A stretch of DNA of 64,000 nt from an uncultured Anaerolineaceae bacterium. Lineage in GTDB: Bacteria; Chloroflexota; Limnocylindria; Limnocylindrales; CSP1-4. The first letter of the stretch is position 1. Each line of letters opens with the position of its first letter. A program made the translations under genes and the position numbers. Under the pieces are notes generated by a model, which saw nothing but the letters and a program-made list of their open reading frames with translations, was not told the DNA's origin and did not search any database. Where the stretch lies: assembly GCA_964579825.1 (NCBI GenBank), contig CAZOHT010000011.1:9220-73219 (forward strand), given 5' to 3'. Positions 28,780 through 38,212 of this stretch are shown here, piece by piece.

Positions 28780-29166
28780 TCAGCGCGTCGCGATCACCTC
28801 GATCTCGATCCGGTAGTCCGCGGCCAGGGCGGTGACCCCCACCGTCGCCCTGGTCGGGGGCTCCGTCGGGAAGTACTCGCGGTAGACCGCGTTCATCGCG
28901 GCGAAGTCGCCGAAGTCGACCAGGTAGACCGTGGACTTCACGACGTCCGCGAAGTCGAGACCGGCTGCCCGCAGGACCCGGCCGACGTTGTCGAGCATCG
29001 CGCGGGTCTCGGCCTCGATGCCGCCCGGGACCGCGCCATGCGACCCCGGCGCACCGCCGACCTGGCCCGCGACGAACACGAGCCCGCCGGCCTCGACGAC
29101 CTGGCTGAACGGGAGGTCACCGGGGTCGATCCCGGGCAGGTGCGGCACGGTCTTCGGCATCGTCAT
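28780..29166 (-). CDS. ridA: RidA/YjgF-family reactive-intermediate deaminase
   Basis: 128 aa. Family-typical segments VKSTVYL and PTRATVGV...L are present. Confidence 0.85.
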   Translation of the reverse strand: MTMPKTVPHLPGIDPGDLPFSQVVEAGGLVFVAGQVGGAPGSHGAVPGGIEAETRAMLDNVGRVLRAAGLDFADVVKSTVYLVDFGDFAAMNAVYREYFPTEPPTRATVGVTALAADYRIEIEVIATR

Positions 29167-29201
29167 GACTCCTGTCTCCGGGCGACTGGGGTAGCCTTGC
29201 C

Positions 29202-30191
29202 ATGATGAACGCCATCGAGACCCGCGACTTGACCAAGCACTACGGTCACGCCCGGCCCATCCATCCGCCGGGCCGGCCCGCGCCGACCGTCGTCCGAGCC
29301 CTGGACGACCTCACGATCGAGGTTCGCGAAGGCGAGATCTTCGGGTTCCTCGGCCCGAATGGAGCCGGCAAGAGCACCGCGATCCGGCTGCTGCTCGGCT
29401 TCCTGCACCCGACCCGAGGCGCCGCGACCGTCCTCGGTCTCGACGCGGTCCGGGAGTCCGTCGAGATCCGACGGCGCGTCGGCTACCTGCCGGGCGGCGT
29501 GTCGTTCTGGGACGGCCTGACCGGGGTCCGACTCCTCGACGAGCTGGCGGCCATGTCCGGGCGGCCGCCCGTGCGCCGCGCCGAGCTCGTCGACCGCCTG
29601 GAACTGACCGAGCGGACGCTGCGCCGGCCGGTGCGCGACTATTCGCGTGGGATGCGCCAGAAGATCGGCATCATCCAGGCCCTGCAGCACGATCCGGAGC
29701 TGGCGGTCCTCGACGAACCGTCCGAGGGCCTCGACCCGCTCATGCAGCGCGCGTTCTACGACATCCTCGACGACCTGCGGGCCGCCGGTCGGACGATCTT
29801 CTTCTCGTCCCACGTCCTGTCCGAGGTGGAGCGCGTGTGCGATCGCGTCGCGATCATCCGCCAGGGCCGGCTCGTCGCGCTCGAGGACGTGACGTCCCTG
29901 CTTGCCAGGCGCAAGCGCAACGTCGAGATCCGGCTGGCCGGACCGGCACCCGTCCTGGACGGCGTCGCGGGCGTCACCGATGTCCGCCGCTCGGACGGGC
30001 TCGTCACGTGTCGCCTGGAGGGAGATGTCGGGCCGTTCCTGGCGGCGATCGCCGGCACGGCCATCTCCGACCTGACCATCGAACCGGCGCGTCTCGAGGA
30101 GGCGTTCCTCGAGTTCTACGAGGACGCCGAGCCGCGGACCGACGATCCGGGGACGCCGCTCGATCCGAACGCCACGGTCGTGCCCGCATGA
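29202..30191 (+). CDS. ABC transporter ATP-binding protein (ABC-2 exporter type)
   Basis: Walker A GPNGAGKST, an SRGMRQK signature variant and Walker B LAVLDEP. Confidence 0.9.
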   Translation: MMNAIETRDLTKHYGHARPIHPPGRPAPTVVRALDDLTIEVREGEIFGFLGPNGAGKSTAIRLLLGFLHPTRGAATVLGLDAVRESVEIRRRVGYLPGGVSFWDGLTGVRLLDELAAMSGRPPVRRAELVDRLELTERTLRRPVRDYSRGMRQKIGIIQALQHDPELAVLDEPSEGLDPLMQRAFYDILDDLRAAGRTIFFSSHVLSEVERVCDRVAIIRQGRLVALEDVTSLLARRKRNVEIRLAGPAPVLDGVAGVTDVRRSDGLVTCRLEGDVGPFLAAIAGTAISDLTIEPARLEEAFLEFYEDAEPRTDDPGTPLDPNATVVPA

Positions 30192-30991
30192 ACGGGGCGC
30201 TGTTCGGCCACACCTGGCGCGCCTACCGGGGCCGCCTCCTCGTCGTCACGCTCGGCCTGGTGCTGTGGGGCGTGGTCCTGCCGGTCATCTTCGACTCGTT
30301 CGGGGCGCAGTTCCAGAGCATGCTCGACAGTGGCCTCATCCCGCCCCAGTTCGCCCAGTTCGGCGGCGGCGACATCTTCAGCCTGACCGGTTCGGTCGCC
30401 CTCGGGATGGCCCATCCGATCGCCGTCGGCCTGAACCTCGTCTTCGCGGTCGGGTTCTGCGCCGCGGCCGTCGCGGGTGAGCGCCAGCGCGGGACGCTCG
30501 AGATCCTGCTGTCGCGGCCGCTGTCCCGGCGGACGACCTACACCACGCTCGGTATCGCCGCCGTGCTGTTCATCGGCGTGACGGTGGTCGGCTTCCTCGT
30601 GGGTGCCGTGATCGGGTCGGCGGCGACCGGGCGGCTCGATGATCTCGGCCTGGCGTACATCCCGCTGCTGTGGTTCAACGGCCTGTTGCTCTACGGTGCG
30701 TTCGGGGCGATCGCGCTGGCGATGTCCGTGTCCTTCGACCGGCTGTCCCCGGCGCTCGGCATCAGCCTGGCCATCGTGCTGATCTCGTACTTCCTCGAGG
30801 TCCTGGGATCGCTCTGGCCGGACGCCAAGGGCCTCCAGCCGTACTCGCTGTTCCACTACCTGGACCCGAAGGCCATCCTGGCGGGTGACGCGGACCCGGC
30901 GGACTTCGCCGTCCTGGCGACGGTCCTGGCCCTGGCCGTGGCCGCCGCGCTGGTGATCTTCCCGCGCCGGGACCTCGCCGCCCCGAGTTGA
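30188..30991 (+). CDS. ABC-2-type transporter permease
   Basis: ATG at 30188 overlaps the upstream stop (ATGA). 267 aa with about 6 TM helices. Confidence 0.75.
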   Translation: MNGALFGHTWRAYRGRLLVVTLGLVLWGVVLPVIFDSFGAQFQSMLDSGLIPPQFAQFGGGDIFSLTGSVALGMAHPIAVGLNLVFAVGFCAAAVAGERQRGTLEILLSRPLSRRTTYTTLGIAAVLFIGVTVVGFLVGAVIGSAATGRLDDLGLAYIPLLWFNGLLLYGAFGAIALAMSVSFDRLSPALGISLAIVLISYFLEVLGSLWPDAKGLQPYSLFHYLDPKAILAGDADPADFAVLATVLALAVAAALVIFPRRDLAAPS

Positions 30992-31022
30992 CACCGGCGC
31001 CGCCGGGCCGCCAGGTGGTCGG

Positions 31023-32294
31023 TCAGTCGATCGCGACGATGCGGTAGGCGATCGGTCCGGAGGGCGACTGGACGGTCACCTCGTCACCCACGGCGGCGCT
31101 CAGCAGCGCCCGACCCACCGGCGAGGATCCGGAGATGCGCCCGTCCCTGGGCGACGACTCCTGGGTGCCGACGATCTCGAGCCGCATCTCGTCGCCATCC
31201 GTCTCGACGGTCACGACGGAGCCGAGTCCGACGCGCGATCCGGCCGCCGGCGCCTGGATGACGACGGCGTCGCGGAGCTGCGCCTCGATGGCCTGGATGC
31301 GGCCCTCCAGGAACGACTGTTCCTCGCGGGCGGCCGTGTAGTCGGCGTTCTCCTTGAGGTCCCCCAGTTCCTTGGCGGCGCGGATGCGACCGATGACCTC
31401 GGGCCGCTTCTGTGTCGTCAGCACGGTCCATTCGGCCTGGAGCCGGGCGATGCCGTCCGCGGTCAGGTGGACCTGCTTCGTCCGCGGGTCCGTACTGGGG
31501 ATCGCGGCCGGTGCCGGCGGCATGACCGGTCTCGCGGCCGCGGGACGTGGGGCCGGTGCCGTCCTCGGGGCGGCCTTCGGGGCGGCCTTCGGCGTGGCCG
31601 CGCGCGCCGATGGCCGAGGAGCGGGCGGCTCGCCGCGCGCACCGTCCGCGTCACCGTCGGGGAGCGTCACCACGTACGTCGGCGGCAGCGGGGCGTCGGC
31701 CGTGTCGGGCAGGAGCGCTCCGGTGATCCCGGTCTGGCGGCGGTCGCCGGTCACGGTCCGCAGGTTCGCGAACGGCAGGATCACGCCCGCGGCGGCGAGT
31801 CGCTCCGCCTCGCTGGCCGGCAGGCCCTCGGCGAACGCGGTCAGCAGCGCGTCCTCGTACTCCTCGGTCGCTGCCGTGGTCGCCCACCAGACCCGTGCGG
31901 TCTCGAGACCGCGGATGGCGTGCAGCCAGTAGCCGGATGCGCTCGGTCGCCGATCGCCGAGGGTGGTCTTCGCCATCGCCGCCAGCCGGGACGAGATGGA
32001 CGACGAGGTGGCGCCGATGTAGACGACCCGCTGCGACGGGGCCCAGAACGAGCCGAGTCGCGCGGCGAGTTCCTTCGAGGTCGGTCGTGCCCCATCCAAC
32101 CGGAGGGTCTCGACGCGCTCCAGCCACTTGCCGATACGCGTCAGTTCCAGCGGAGCGGACGGCAGCGGGGCGGGCAGTTCGACCACGAACACGCCGGGCC
32201 CGCGGACGGGGATCGGGCGGCCCCACACGATCGGACCGTCGGCCATGAGGCCCACGGTCCGGAGCAGGTTCGCGGCGCCGGGGTCGTCGGGCAC
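31023..32294 (-). CDS. GreA-type transcript-cleavage factor fused to an N-terminal extension of about 250 aa (unknown domain plus Ala/Pro linker)
   Basis: The C-terminal ~155 aa are a complete GreA, with the coiled-coil tip ELGDLKENADYTAAREEQ and a C-terminal globular domain containing SSPVGRALL. The N-terminal ~200 aa have no obvious family; a YIGATSSSISSRL motif is noted. The linker is rich in AP/KAAP. Confidence 0.8.
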   Translation of the reverse strand: MPDDPGAANLLRTVGLMADGPIVWGRPIPVRGPGVFVVELPAPLPSAPLELTRIGKWLERVETLRLDGARPTSKELAARLGSFWAPSQRVVYIGATSSSISSRLAAMAKTTLGDRRPSASGYWLHAIRGLETARVWWATTAATEEYEDALLTAFAEGLPASEAERLAAAGVILPFANLRTVTGDRRQTGITGALLPDTADAPLPPTYVVTLPDGDADGARGEPPAPRPSARAATPKAAPKAAPRTAPAPRPAAARPVMPPAPAAIPSTDPRTKQVHLTADGIARLQAEWTVLTTQKRPEVIGRIRAAKELGDLKENADYTAAREEQSFLEGRIQAIEAQLRDAVVIQAPAAGSRVGLGSVVTVETDGDEMRLEIVGTQESSPRDGRISGSSPVGRALLSAAVGDEVTVQSPSGPIAYRIVAID

Positions 32295-32313
32295 CCGGGG
32301 ATGGTACCCGGGA

Positions 32314-33510
32314 TCACTCGCCGGCGGATCGCCAGGCGTCGCGCAGCTTCATCCGGGCACTCACCGACAGGGCGGCGCCCGAGTAGACCCGGCCACCCAC
32401 GACGAAGAGCGCCCAGATGGCCGCGATCGTGATGACCGCCGACAGGCCGACCTGCCACGGTGGGATCGCATCGAACGCGGCGCGCAGCGGGACGACGAAC
32501 GGCGCCGACGGCGGCAGGAAGGTGGCGATCGTGGCCACCGTCCCGGACGGATCGTCGATGACCGCGAAGAGGGCCACGAAGTAGCTGGCCATGGCGATCA
32601 GCGTGATCGGCGTGGTGGCGTTCGAGGCCTCCTCCATCCGCGACGCCAGGGATCCGAGGAACCCGAGCGCGGTGGCGTACAGCGCGTACCCCAGGGTGAA
32701 CCACATGATGAGCATCACGACGGCCGTGGGCGTGGACGGTGGCAGCGTGAACGTGCCGGTGACCGCGGCGGCGATCACGGCGGCCAGGACGAAGAACAGC
32801 AACTGGACGATGCCCAGGATGCCGATGCCGAGGACCTTGCCCATCAACAGGTCCCTCGGCCGGACGGTGGACAGGACGACCTCCACGACCCGGCTCTGCT
32901 TCTCCTCCACGACCCCGGTCAGCACGCTGAAGCCGAACGAGAAGATGCCGACCAGGATCAGCACCGTCCCGATGTTGGCGAACACGAAGGTCGCCGTCTC
33001 CTCGTCGGTCTGGGGATCGAGTGCGGACGGGGCCGGTGGGACCTGCGCCTCGGCCAGCGCCGCCTGGTCCACGTCGCTGTCGGCGAGGACCGCATCCACC
33101 CGCAGGCCGACGACCGCCGCACCGATGACCGACCCGAGGAATGGGTCCGTCTCCTCGTGGAACAGCACGTCACCGGCGGACGAGAGGTCGGCCGGGACGT
33201 CGACGAGGACGTCGATGTCACCGGCGGTCAATGCGGCCTCGCCGGCGGCCCGATCCGGGTACGACGTGAACGTGACCTCGCGGTCCGCGCCCTGGGCCGT
33301 CGCTTCGATCGATGGTTCCAGCCCGTCCGGTGCCGGCTGGACGATGCCGATCGGGGTGACCTCGTCGCCGCCGAAGAGGATGGACGGGAGGACGAACGAG
33401 CCGATCACGAAGACCGTGGTGAACAGGACCGACAGGACGAACCCACGGCTCCGGGCGCGCTCCAGGATCTCCCGCTTGGCGACGAGGCGGATGCTGCGCC
33501 AGCGGTTCAC
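32314..33510 (-). CDS. ABC-2-type transporter permease (NatB-like, large extracytoplasmic loop)
   Basis: 398 aa. An N-terminal TM is followed by a ~150-aa loop and then 5 TM helices. The start overlaps the upstream ATPase stop. Confidence 0.8.
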   Translation of the reverse strand: MNRWRSIRLVAKREILERARSRGFVLSVLFTTVFVIGSFVLPSILFGGDEVTPIGIVQPAPDGLEPSIEATAQGADREVTFTSYPDRAAGEAALTAGDIDVLVDVPADLSSAGDVLFHEETDPFLGSVIGAAVVGLRVDAVLADSDVDQAALAEAQVPPAPSALDPQTDEETATFVFANIGTVLILVGIFSFGFSVLTGVVEEKQSRVVEVVLSTVRPRDLLMGKVLGIGILGIVQLLFFVLAAVIAAAVTGTFTLPPSTPTAVVMLIMWFTLGYALYATALGFLGSLASRMEEASNATTPITLIAMASYFVALFAVIDDPSGTVATIATFLPPSAPFVVPLRAAFDAIPPWQVGLSAVITIAAIWALFVVGGRVYSGAALSVSARMKLRDAWRSAGE

Positions 33511-34421
33511 GCGGCGGTCTCGGTGGTCGGCGCGGGGTTGACGTACTCCATGAACAGCTCGGACAGCCGTGGCGGGCCATACGCGAACCGGCGCACCTCG
33601 CCGGCGGTCCGGGCCAGGGCCAACAGGGCGTCCAGGTCCACGCGCTCGTCCACGAGCAGCTTGAGCCGTCCGCCGTCGCGCTCCAGGATGGTGACGTCCG
33701 TGCGGCCGTCCACCCAGGCGCCATCCGAGTCGGCCACCTCCACCTCCAGGTGCTTGCGGCCATCGGCCGTCTTGAGGGCCTCGATCGGCCCGGCCGCGAC
33801 AACGCGGCCCCGGGCGATGATCACGACGTCTTCGCAGACGTCCTCGACCAGGTCGAGCTGGTGGCTGGAGAACACGACGCCGACCCCCGCCGCGGCCCGC
33901 TCGCGGACGACGTTCGCCATGGTCGCGATGCCGATGGGGTCCAGGCCGGAGAACGGCTCATCCATGACCAGCAGCTCCGGATCGTGGACCAGCGCCGTCG
34001 CGAGCTGGATGCGTTGCTGATTGCCGTGCGACAGCTCTTCCAGCTTGGACTTGGCGCGATCGGCGAGGTCCATGCGCTCCAGCCAGCGCATGGCCGCGGC
34101 GTTCGCGTCCCGTCCGGTCATGCCGTGCTGCTGACCGAAGTAGCTCAACTGCTCGGCCACCCGCATCCGCGGATACAGGCCGCGCTGCTCGGGCATGTAG
34201 CCGAACGTCATCCGAGCGTCGCGGTCGACGACCTTGCCGGCCCAGCGGACCGCGCCGCTGTCCTGCCTGGCCAGCCCGAAGATGCACCGCATCGTCGTCG
34301 TCTTGCCGGCACCGTTCGGGCCAAGGAACCCGACGATCCGACCCGGGGCCGCGCTGAAGGTCGTGCCATCGAGGGCCACCACGGGCCCATAGCGTTTGGT
34401 GAGGCCGTCGATCTCGAGCAT
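33507..34421 (-). CDS. ABC transporter ATP-binding protein (NatA-like, with an extra C-terminal domain)
   Basis: ATG at 34421 (MLEIDGLTKRYG) is in the track frame. Walker A GPNGAGKTT and an LSHGNQQR signature are present. Confidence 0.9.
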   Translation of the reverse strand: MLEIDGLTKRYGPVVALDGTTFSAAPGRIVGFLGPNGAGKTTTMRCIFGLARQDSGAVRWAGKVVDRDARMTFGYMPEQRGLYPRMRVAEQLSYFGQQHGMTGRDANAAAMRWLERMDLADRAKSKLEELSHGNQQRIQLATALVHDPELLVMDEPFSGLDPIGIATMANVVRERAAAGVGVVFSSHQLDLVEDVCEDVVIIARGRVVAAGPIEALKTADGRKHLEVEVADSDGAWVDGRTDVTILERDGGRLKLLVDERVDLDALLALARTAGEVRRFAYGPPRLSELFMEYVNPAPTTETAA

Positions 34422-34570
34422 CGCCCTAGTCTGGCGGAGCCTGTCGAGACGTGCAGCCGGCGAGGCTCGGCAGGTGGCGGGGTACGTCTGGCGGGCACGA
34501 TGGGTACGTCCGTCGGGGTGGTCGCGTTCGCCCGGGCCGGGCAGACTCGGGCCACGCCCGAGGTGACCGG

Positions 34571-35170
34571 ATGACCATCCGAGTCGACGCCTACATCGCA
34601 GGGGGGATCGCCCGGGGCGGGGTCGCCGCCGAGGGGCATCTGCGCGATGCGCTCGATGCCGTGTCGCAGCTCGCCCTCGAACGCGCGACCTGGCAAGGGC
34701 CCGACGATCCCGGGCCACGGCCGATCGGTCCCGTCGCCATCCCCGTGGATGACATCATCGTGGCGGTCACCCAGGCGGATCCATCGCTGCCGGTCCATGC
34801 CGTGTGGCACCCGATCCACCTCGAGGCCGGCCCGTACGTCATCGACGGCGAGATCCCCACGATGCCCGGGTTCGACCCCGGCCGTGCCCTGACCCGCCCG
34901 GCCGGCTCGTTCGTGCTGCTTCGCGATGTCCGCCTGACGCGGGCCGGGAGGACGTTCGCGGGTGCGGCTGCCATCCCGGAGGCGCTCGTCAACCGCTACA
35001 TGGTCGACCGCGTCACGGCCGAACTGATGCTCGGCTTCTTCTTCCCGGGCGCTGAGATGGTCGACGGGGAACCCGCCGCGGGCTCGAAGGGGGAGGCGGG
35101 TCCGGCGGGACCGTCGAGCCCCGGCTCGGCACCGGCTCCGGCGTCCGAACCGACGCGGGTGGGTTCCTAG
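34571..35170 (+). CDS. Hypothetical protein (199 aa) with a low-complexity C-terminus
   Basis: ATG at 34571 lies 6 nt after GAGGTG. The codon pattern is high in third-position GC. No recognisable motif. Confidence 0.5.
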   Translation: MTIRVDAYIAGGIARGGVAAEGHLRDALDAVSQLALERATWQGPDDPGPRPIGPVAIPVDDIIVAVTQADPSLPVHAVWHPIHLEAGPYVIDGEIPTMPGFDPGRALTRPAGSFVLLRDVRLTRAGRTFAGAAAIPEALVNRYMVDRVTAELMLGFFFPGAEMVDGEPAAGSKGEAGPAGPSSPGSAPAPASEPTRVGS

Positions 35171-35185
35171 ACTCCGGGCTGGACC

Positions 35186-36436
35186 TCAGGCCCCGGCACG
35201 CCGGCGAACCGGCTTGCGCGCGGCGTGATGGTCGGACCCGGTCCGCGCGTGGCCGCCCGCCCGGGTCGACAGCGGACGGGCCTCGACGTTGCGATCCGGG
35301 ACGAAGCCCTCCTCGACCGTCCAGGGGATGGCCTTCTTGAGCATCCGCTGGATGCCGCGGAGCAGGTCCACTTCGTCCATGCAGACGAGCGAGATCGCCT
35401 CCCCGGACTGGCCGGCACGTCCGGTCCGGCCGATGCGGTGGACGTAGTCCTGCGGGTTCCACGGGAGTTCGAAGTTGACGACGACCGGCAGGTCCTCGAT
35501 GTCGAGGCCTCGAGCGGCGACGTCGGTGGCGACGAGGACCCGGATCTCTCCGGACTTGAAGCCCTCGAGCGCCCGGGTCCGTTCCGGCTGGGACCGGTCC
35601 GAGTGGATCGCGACGGCGTTGATCCCTTCGCGGTCCAGGCGTGAGGCCAGTCGCGAGGCGGACAGCTTGGTCCGGGTGAAGACGAGGACCTGGCGCAGGT
35701 CGCGTGAGCGCACGAGATGGGCCAGCAGCGCTTCCTTGCGATCGCGGTCGACCGGGTAGACCAGCTGCTCGACGGTCTCGGCGGCCGTGTTCCGGGCCGC
35801 CACTTCGACGGTGGCGGGATCGCGCAGCAGCGATCCCGAGAGGTTCCGGATGTCGTCCGAGAAGGTCGCCGAGAACAGCAGGTTCTGGCGCTTGCCGGGG
35901 AGCAGCGCGAGGATCCGGCGGATGTCCGGCAGGAAGCCCATGTCGAGCATCCGATCCGCCTCGTCCAGGACGAGGATCTCCACCTGCGACAGGTTGACGT
36001 TGTTCTGCCCGACGTGGTCGAGCAGCCGCCCGGGCGTCGCCACCAGGATCTCGACCCCACCGCGCAGGGCCTTCGTCTGAGGCTCGATGGGCACGCCGCC
36101 GTAGACGACGGTCGAGCGAAGCGGGACCGTCCGGCCATACGTCCGGAAGCTCTCGTCCACCTGCATCGCCAGCTCGCGGGTGGGCACGAGGATCAGCGAT
36201 CGCACCGGATGGCGTGCCGGCGAGAAGCTCGTGTTGGCGTGCTTGCGCAGGCGGTCCAGGATCGGCAGGGCGAAGGCCGCGGTCTTGCCGGTCCCGGTCT
36301 GCGCGGCGGCGAGCAGGTCGCGTCCCTGGAGCACGAGTGGGATGGCTTCGGATTGGACGGGCGTCGGGGCCGTGTAGCCCTCCTCGGCGACGGTCCGGAC
36401 GAGATCGGCCGAGAGGCCAAGGGTATCGAAGGTCAA
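35186..36436 (-). CDS. rhlE: DEAD-box ATP-dependent RNA helicase
   Basis: Q-motif region, [15 protein letters not shown] (VLDEADRM), SAT and [10 protein letters not shown] motifs are all present. Confidence 0.9.
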   Translation of the reverse strand: MTFDTLGLSADLVRTVAEEGYTAPTPVQSEAIPLVLQGRDLLAAAQTGTGKTAAFALPILDRLRKHANTSFSPARHPVRSLILVPTRELAMQVDESFRTYGRTVPLRSTVVYGGVPIEPQTKALRGGVEILVATPGRLLDHVGQNNVNLSQVEILVLDEADRMLDMGFLPDIRRILALLPGKRQNLLFSATFSDDIRNLSGSLLRDPATVEVAARNTAAETVEQLVYPVDRDRKEALLAHLVRSRDLRQVLVFTRTKLSASRLASRLDREGINAVAIHSDRSQPERTRALEGFKSGEIRVLVATDVAARGLDIEDLPVVVNFELPWNPQDYVHRIGRTGRAGQSGEAISLVCMDEVDLLRGIQRMLKKAIPWTVEEGFVPDRNVEARPLSTRAGGHARTGSDHHAARKPVRRRAGA

Positions 36437-36531
36437 GTCGGCTCCTGCAGGTCCGGCGCGGTCACGCGAGTCTGGGCGCGACGCGGTCCAGGACCGCCCG
36501 GAGCATAGCCGAAATCGGTAGCATCCGACCC

Positions 36532-37032
36532 ATGCCGGCCCACGGGACCCCCGCGATCGACGCGCTGCGCCGCGCCGGGGTCGCCTTCGAGGTGGTCGAG
36601 TACGAGTCGCCCGAGCCCCACGGCCGCGACCGGGGGTCCAGGCCGAGCTACGGACTCGAGGCGGCCGCGGCGCTCGGCGTGGATCCGGGCCGGATGTTCA
36701 AGACGCTCATCGCGAGTGCGGACGCGCGACTCGTCGCGGGCCTCGTGCCGGTCGACCTGGACCTGGACCTGAAGCGCCTGGCGGCCGCCGTCGGTGCCCA
36801 CCGGGCCGTCCTCGCCGAGCCGGCCGCCGCGGAGCGCGCGACCGGCTACGTCGTCGGCGGGATCAGCCCCCTTGGCGGTCGGAAGCGGCTGCCGACGGTC
36901 ATCGATCGATCGGTCGAGGGTCACGAGACGGTCTATGTCTCGGCCGGTCGGCGGGGCCTCCAGCTGGTCCTGCGGCCCGCGGATCTGGTGCATCTGACCA
37001 CCGCCACCGTCGCCGCCATCGCCCGTTCGTGA
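36532..37032 (+). CDS. ybaK: Cys-tRNA(Pro)/Cys-tRNA(Cys) deacylase YbaK
   Basis: 166 aa. [17 protein letters not shown] and the family length match YbaK. ATG at 36532 is in the track frame. Confidence 0.85.
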   Translation: MPAHGTPAIDALRRAGVAFEVVEYESPEPHGRDRGSRPSYGLEAAAALGVDPGRMFKTLIASADARLVAGLVPVDLDLDLKRLAAAVGAHRAVLAEPAAAERATGYVVGGISPLGGRKRLPTVIDRSVEGHETVYVSAGRRGLQLVLRPADLVHLTTATVAAIARS

Positions 37033-37334
37033 GGGGCGGACCCCGATGGTCCACCCATCCGACCGCCGAAGGTCGCCCGGGACAGGATCGCCCGAGGGCT
37101 GGCATACTGCCCGCAACGCTCCCCAAGCGTCAGCCCGATAGACAGGCCACAACAGAAGAACGCCGCCCCCAACGGCAGACCCCTGTCACACCTTCGTCGG
37201 GTGATCGCTCGACGGCACCGATCCGGCTCACCCGGATCGAGCACGTCCCCTGCGACTCCGTTCCTGCCGCCGGCGGCCACACCCACCGTCATCGCGTCTT
37301 CGCGCGGTGTTCCGGAGGAGAGGAGGCACGAACG

Positions 37335-38189
37335 TTGCCGGTCCCCGAACGAGGCGCCCAGCGGGCGTCCAGCCATCGAACACGGGCAGTCAAGCTGGCC
37401 ATCCTGAGCCTGGCCGCGGCCTTCGCGCTCGGCTCCCTGGCGATCGCACCGGCCCCCGCGGCAGCGGCAGGCACCGGGATGAAGGTCGTCATCGTCGTGG
37501 GCCCGGTCGAGGGCAGCACGAGCCGCTACATCTCGACCGCCAAGAGCTACGCCAGCCAGGCTCGCTCGTACGGCGCGTCCGTCACCGAGATCTACAGCCC
37601 CAACGCCACCTGGCCCAAGGTGCGCGACGCGGCTCGCGGGGCGAACCTCCTGATCTACCTCGGCCACGGCAACGGCTATCCGAGCCCGTACGGGGCCTTC
37701 TCGGCCTACACCAAGGACGGGTTGGGCCTGAACTCGTCGGCCGGGAACGGCAACTCGAACACCAAGTATTGGGGCGAGTACTACATCCGCAACTACATCC
37801 ACCTCGCCCCGAACGCGGTGGTCATCCTCAATCACCTGTGCTACGCGTCGGGCAACTCCGAGCCGGGCCGGGCGAACCCCACCAAGAGCGTCGCCATGCG
37901 ACGAGCCGACAACTTCGCGGCGGGCTTCCTGCGCACCGGCGCGAAGGCCGTCTTCGCGATCGGCAACGGCAGCGCCACGCACACGATCAAGTCCCTGTTC
38001 AACTCGAACCTGTCGATGTGGGGCATCTTCGCGACCGATCCCGGCCGCAACCTGCACTACGACTTCTCGTTCGACTCGACACGGACGAAGGGGATGAAGG
38101 TCTGGATGGACCCGAGTTCGCCCGGCCGCTACTACCGGGCCGTGACCGGGGTCCTCGGCAGCTCGACGGCGTCCTTCCGGGGCGACTGA
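37335..38189 (+). CDS. Secreted hypothetical protein with an ordered His...Cys motif pair (possible caspase-fold peptidase)
   Basis: TTG at 37335 lies after GGAGGAGAGGAGG. Signal peptide ...LAILSLAAAFALGSLAIAPAPAAA. Motifs LLIYLGHGNG and VVILNHLCYASGNSE follow beta-strand-like segments. Confidence 0.6.
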   Translation: MPVPERGAQRASSHRTRAVKLAILSLAAAFALGSLAIAPAPAAAAGTGMKVVIVVGPVEGSTSRYISTAKSYASQARSYGASVTEIYSPNATWPKVRDAARGANLLIYLGHGNGYPSPYGAFSAYTKDGLGLNSSAGNGNSNTKYWGEYYIRNYIHLAPNAVVILNHLCYASGNSEPGRANPTKSVAMRRADNFAAGFLRTGAKAVFAIGNGSATHTIKSLFNSNLSMWGIFATDPGRNLHYDFSFDSTRTKGMKVWMDPSSPGRYYRAVTGVLGSSTASFRGD

Positions 38190-38212
38190 CCGAGCTTCGG
38201 CTCACCCGGCGT

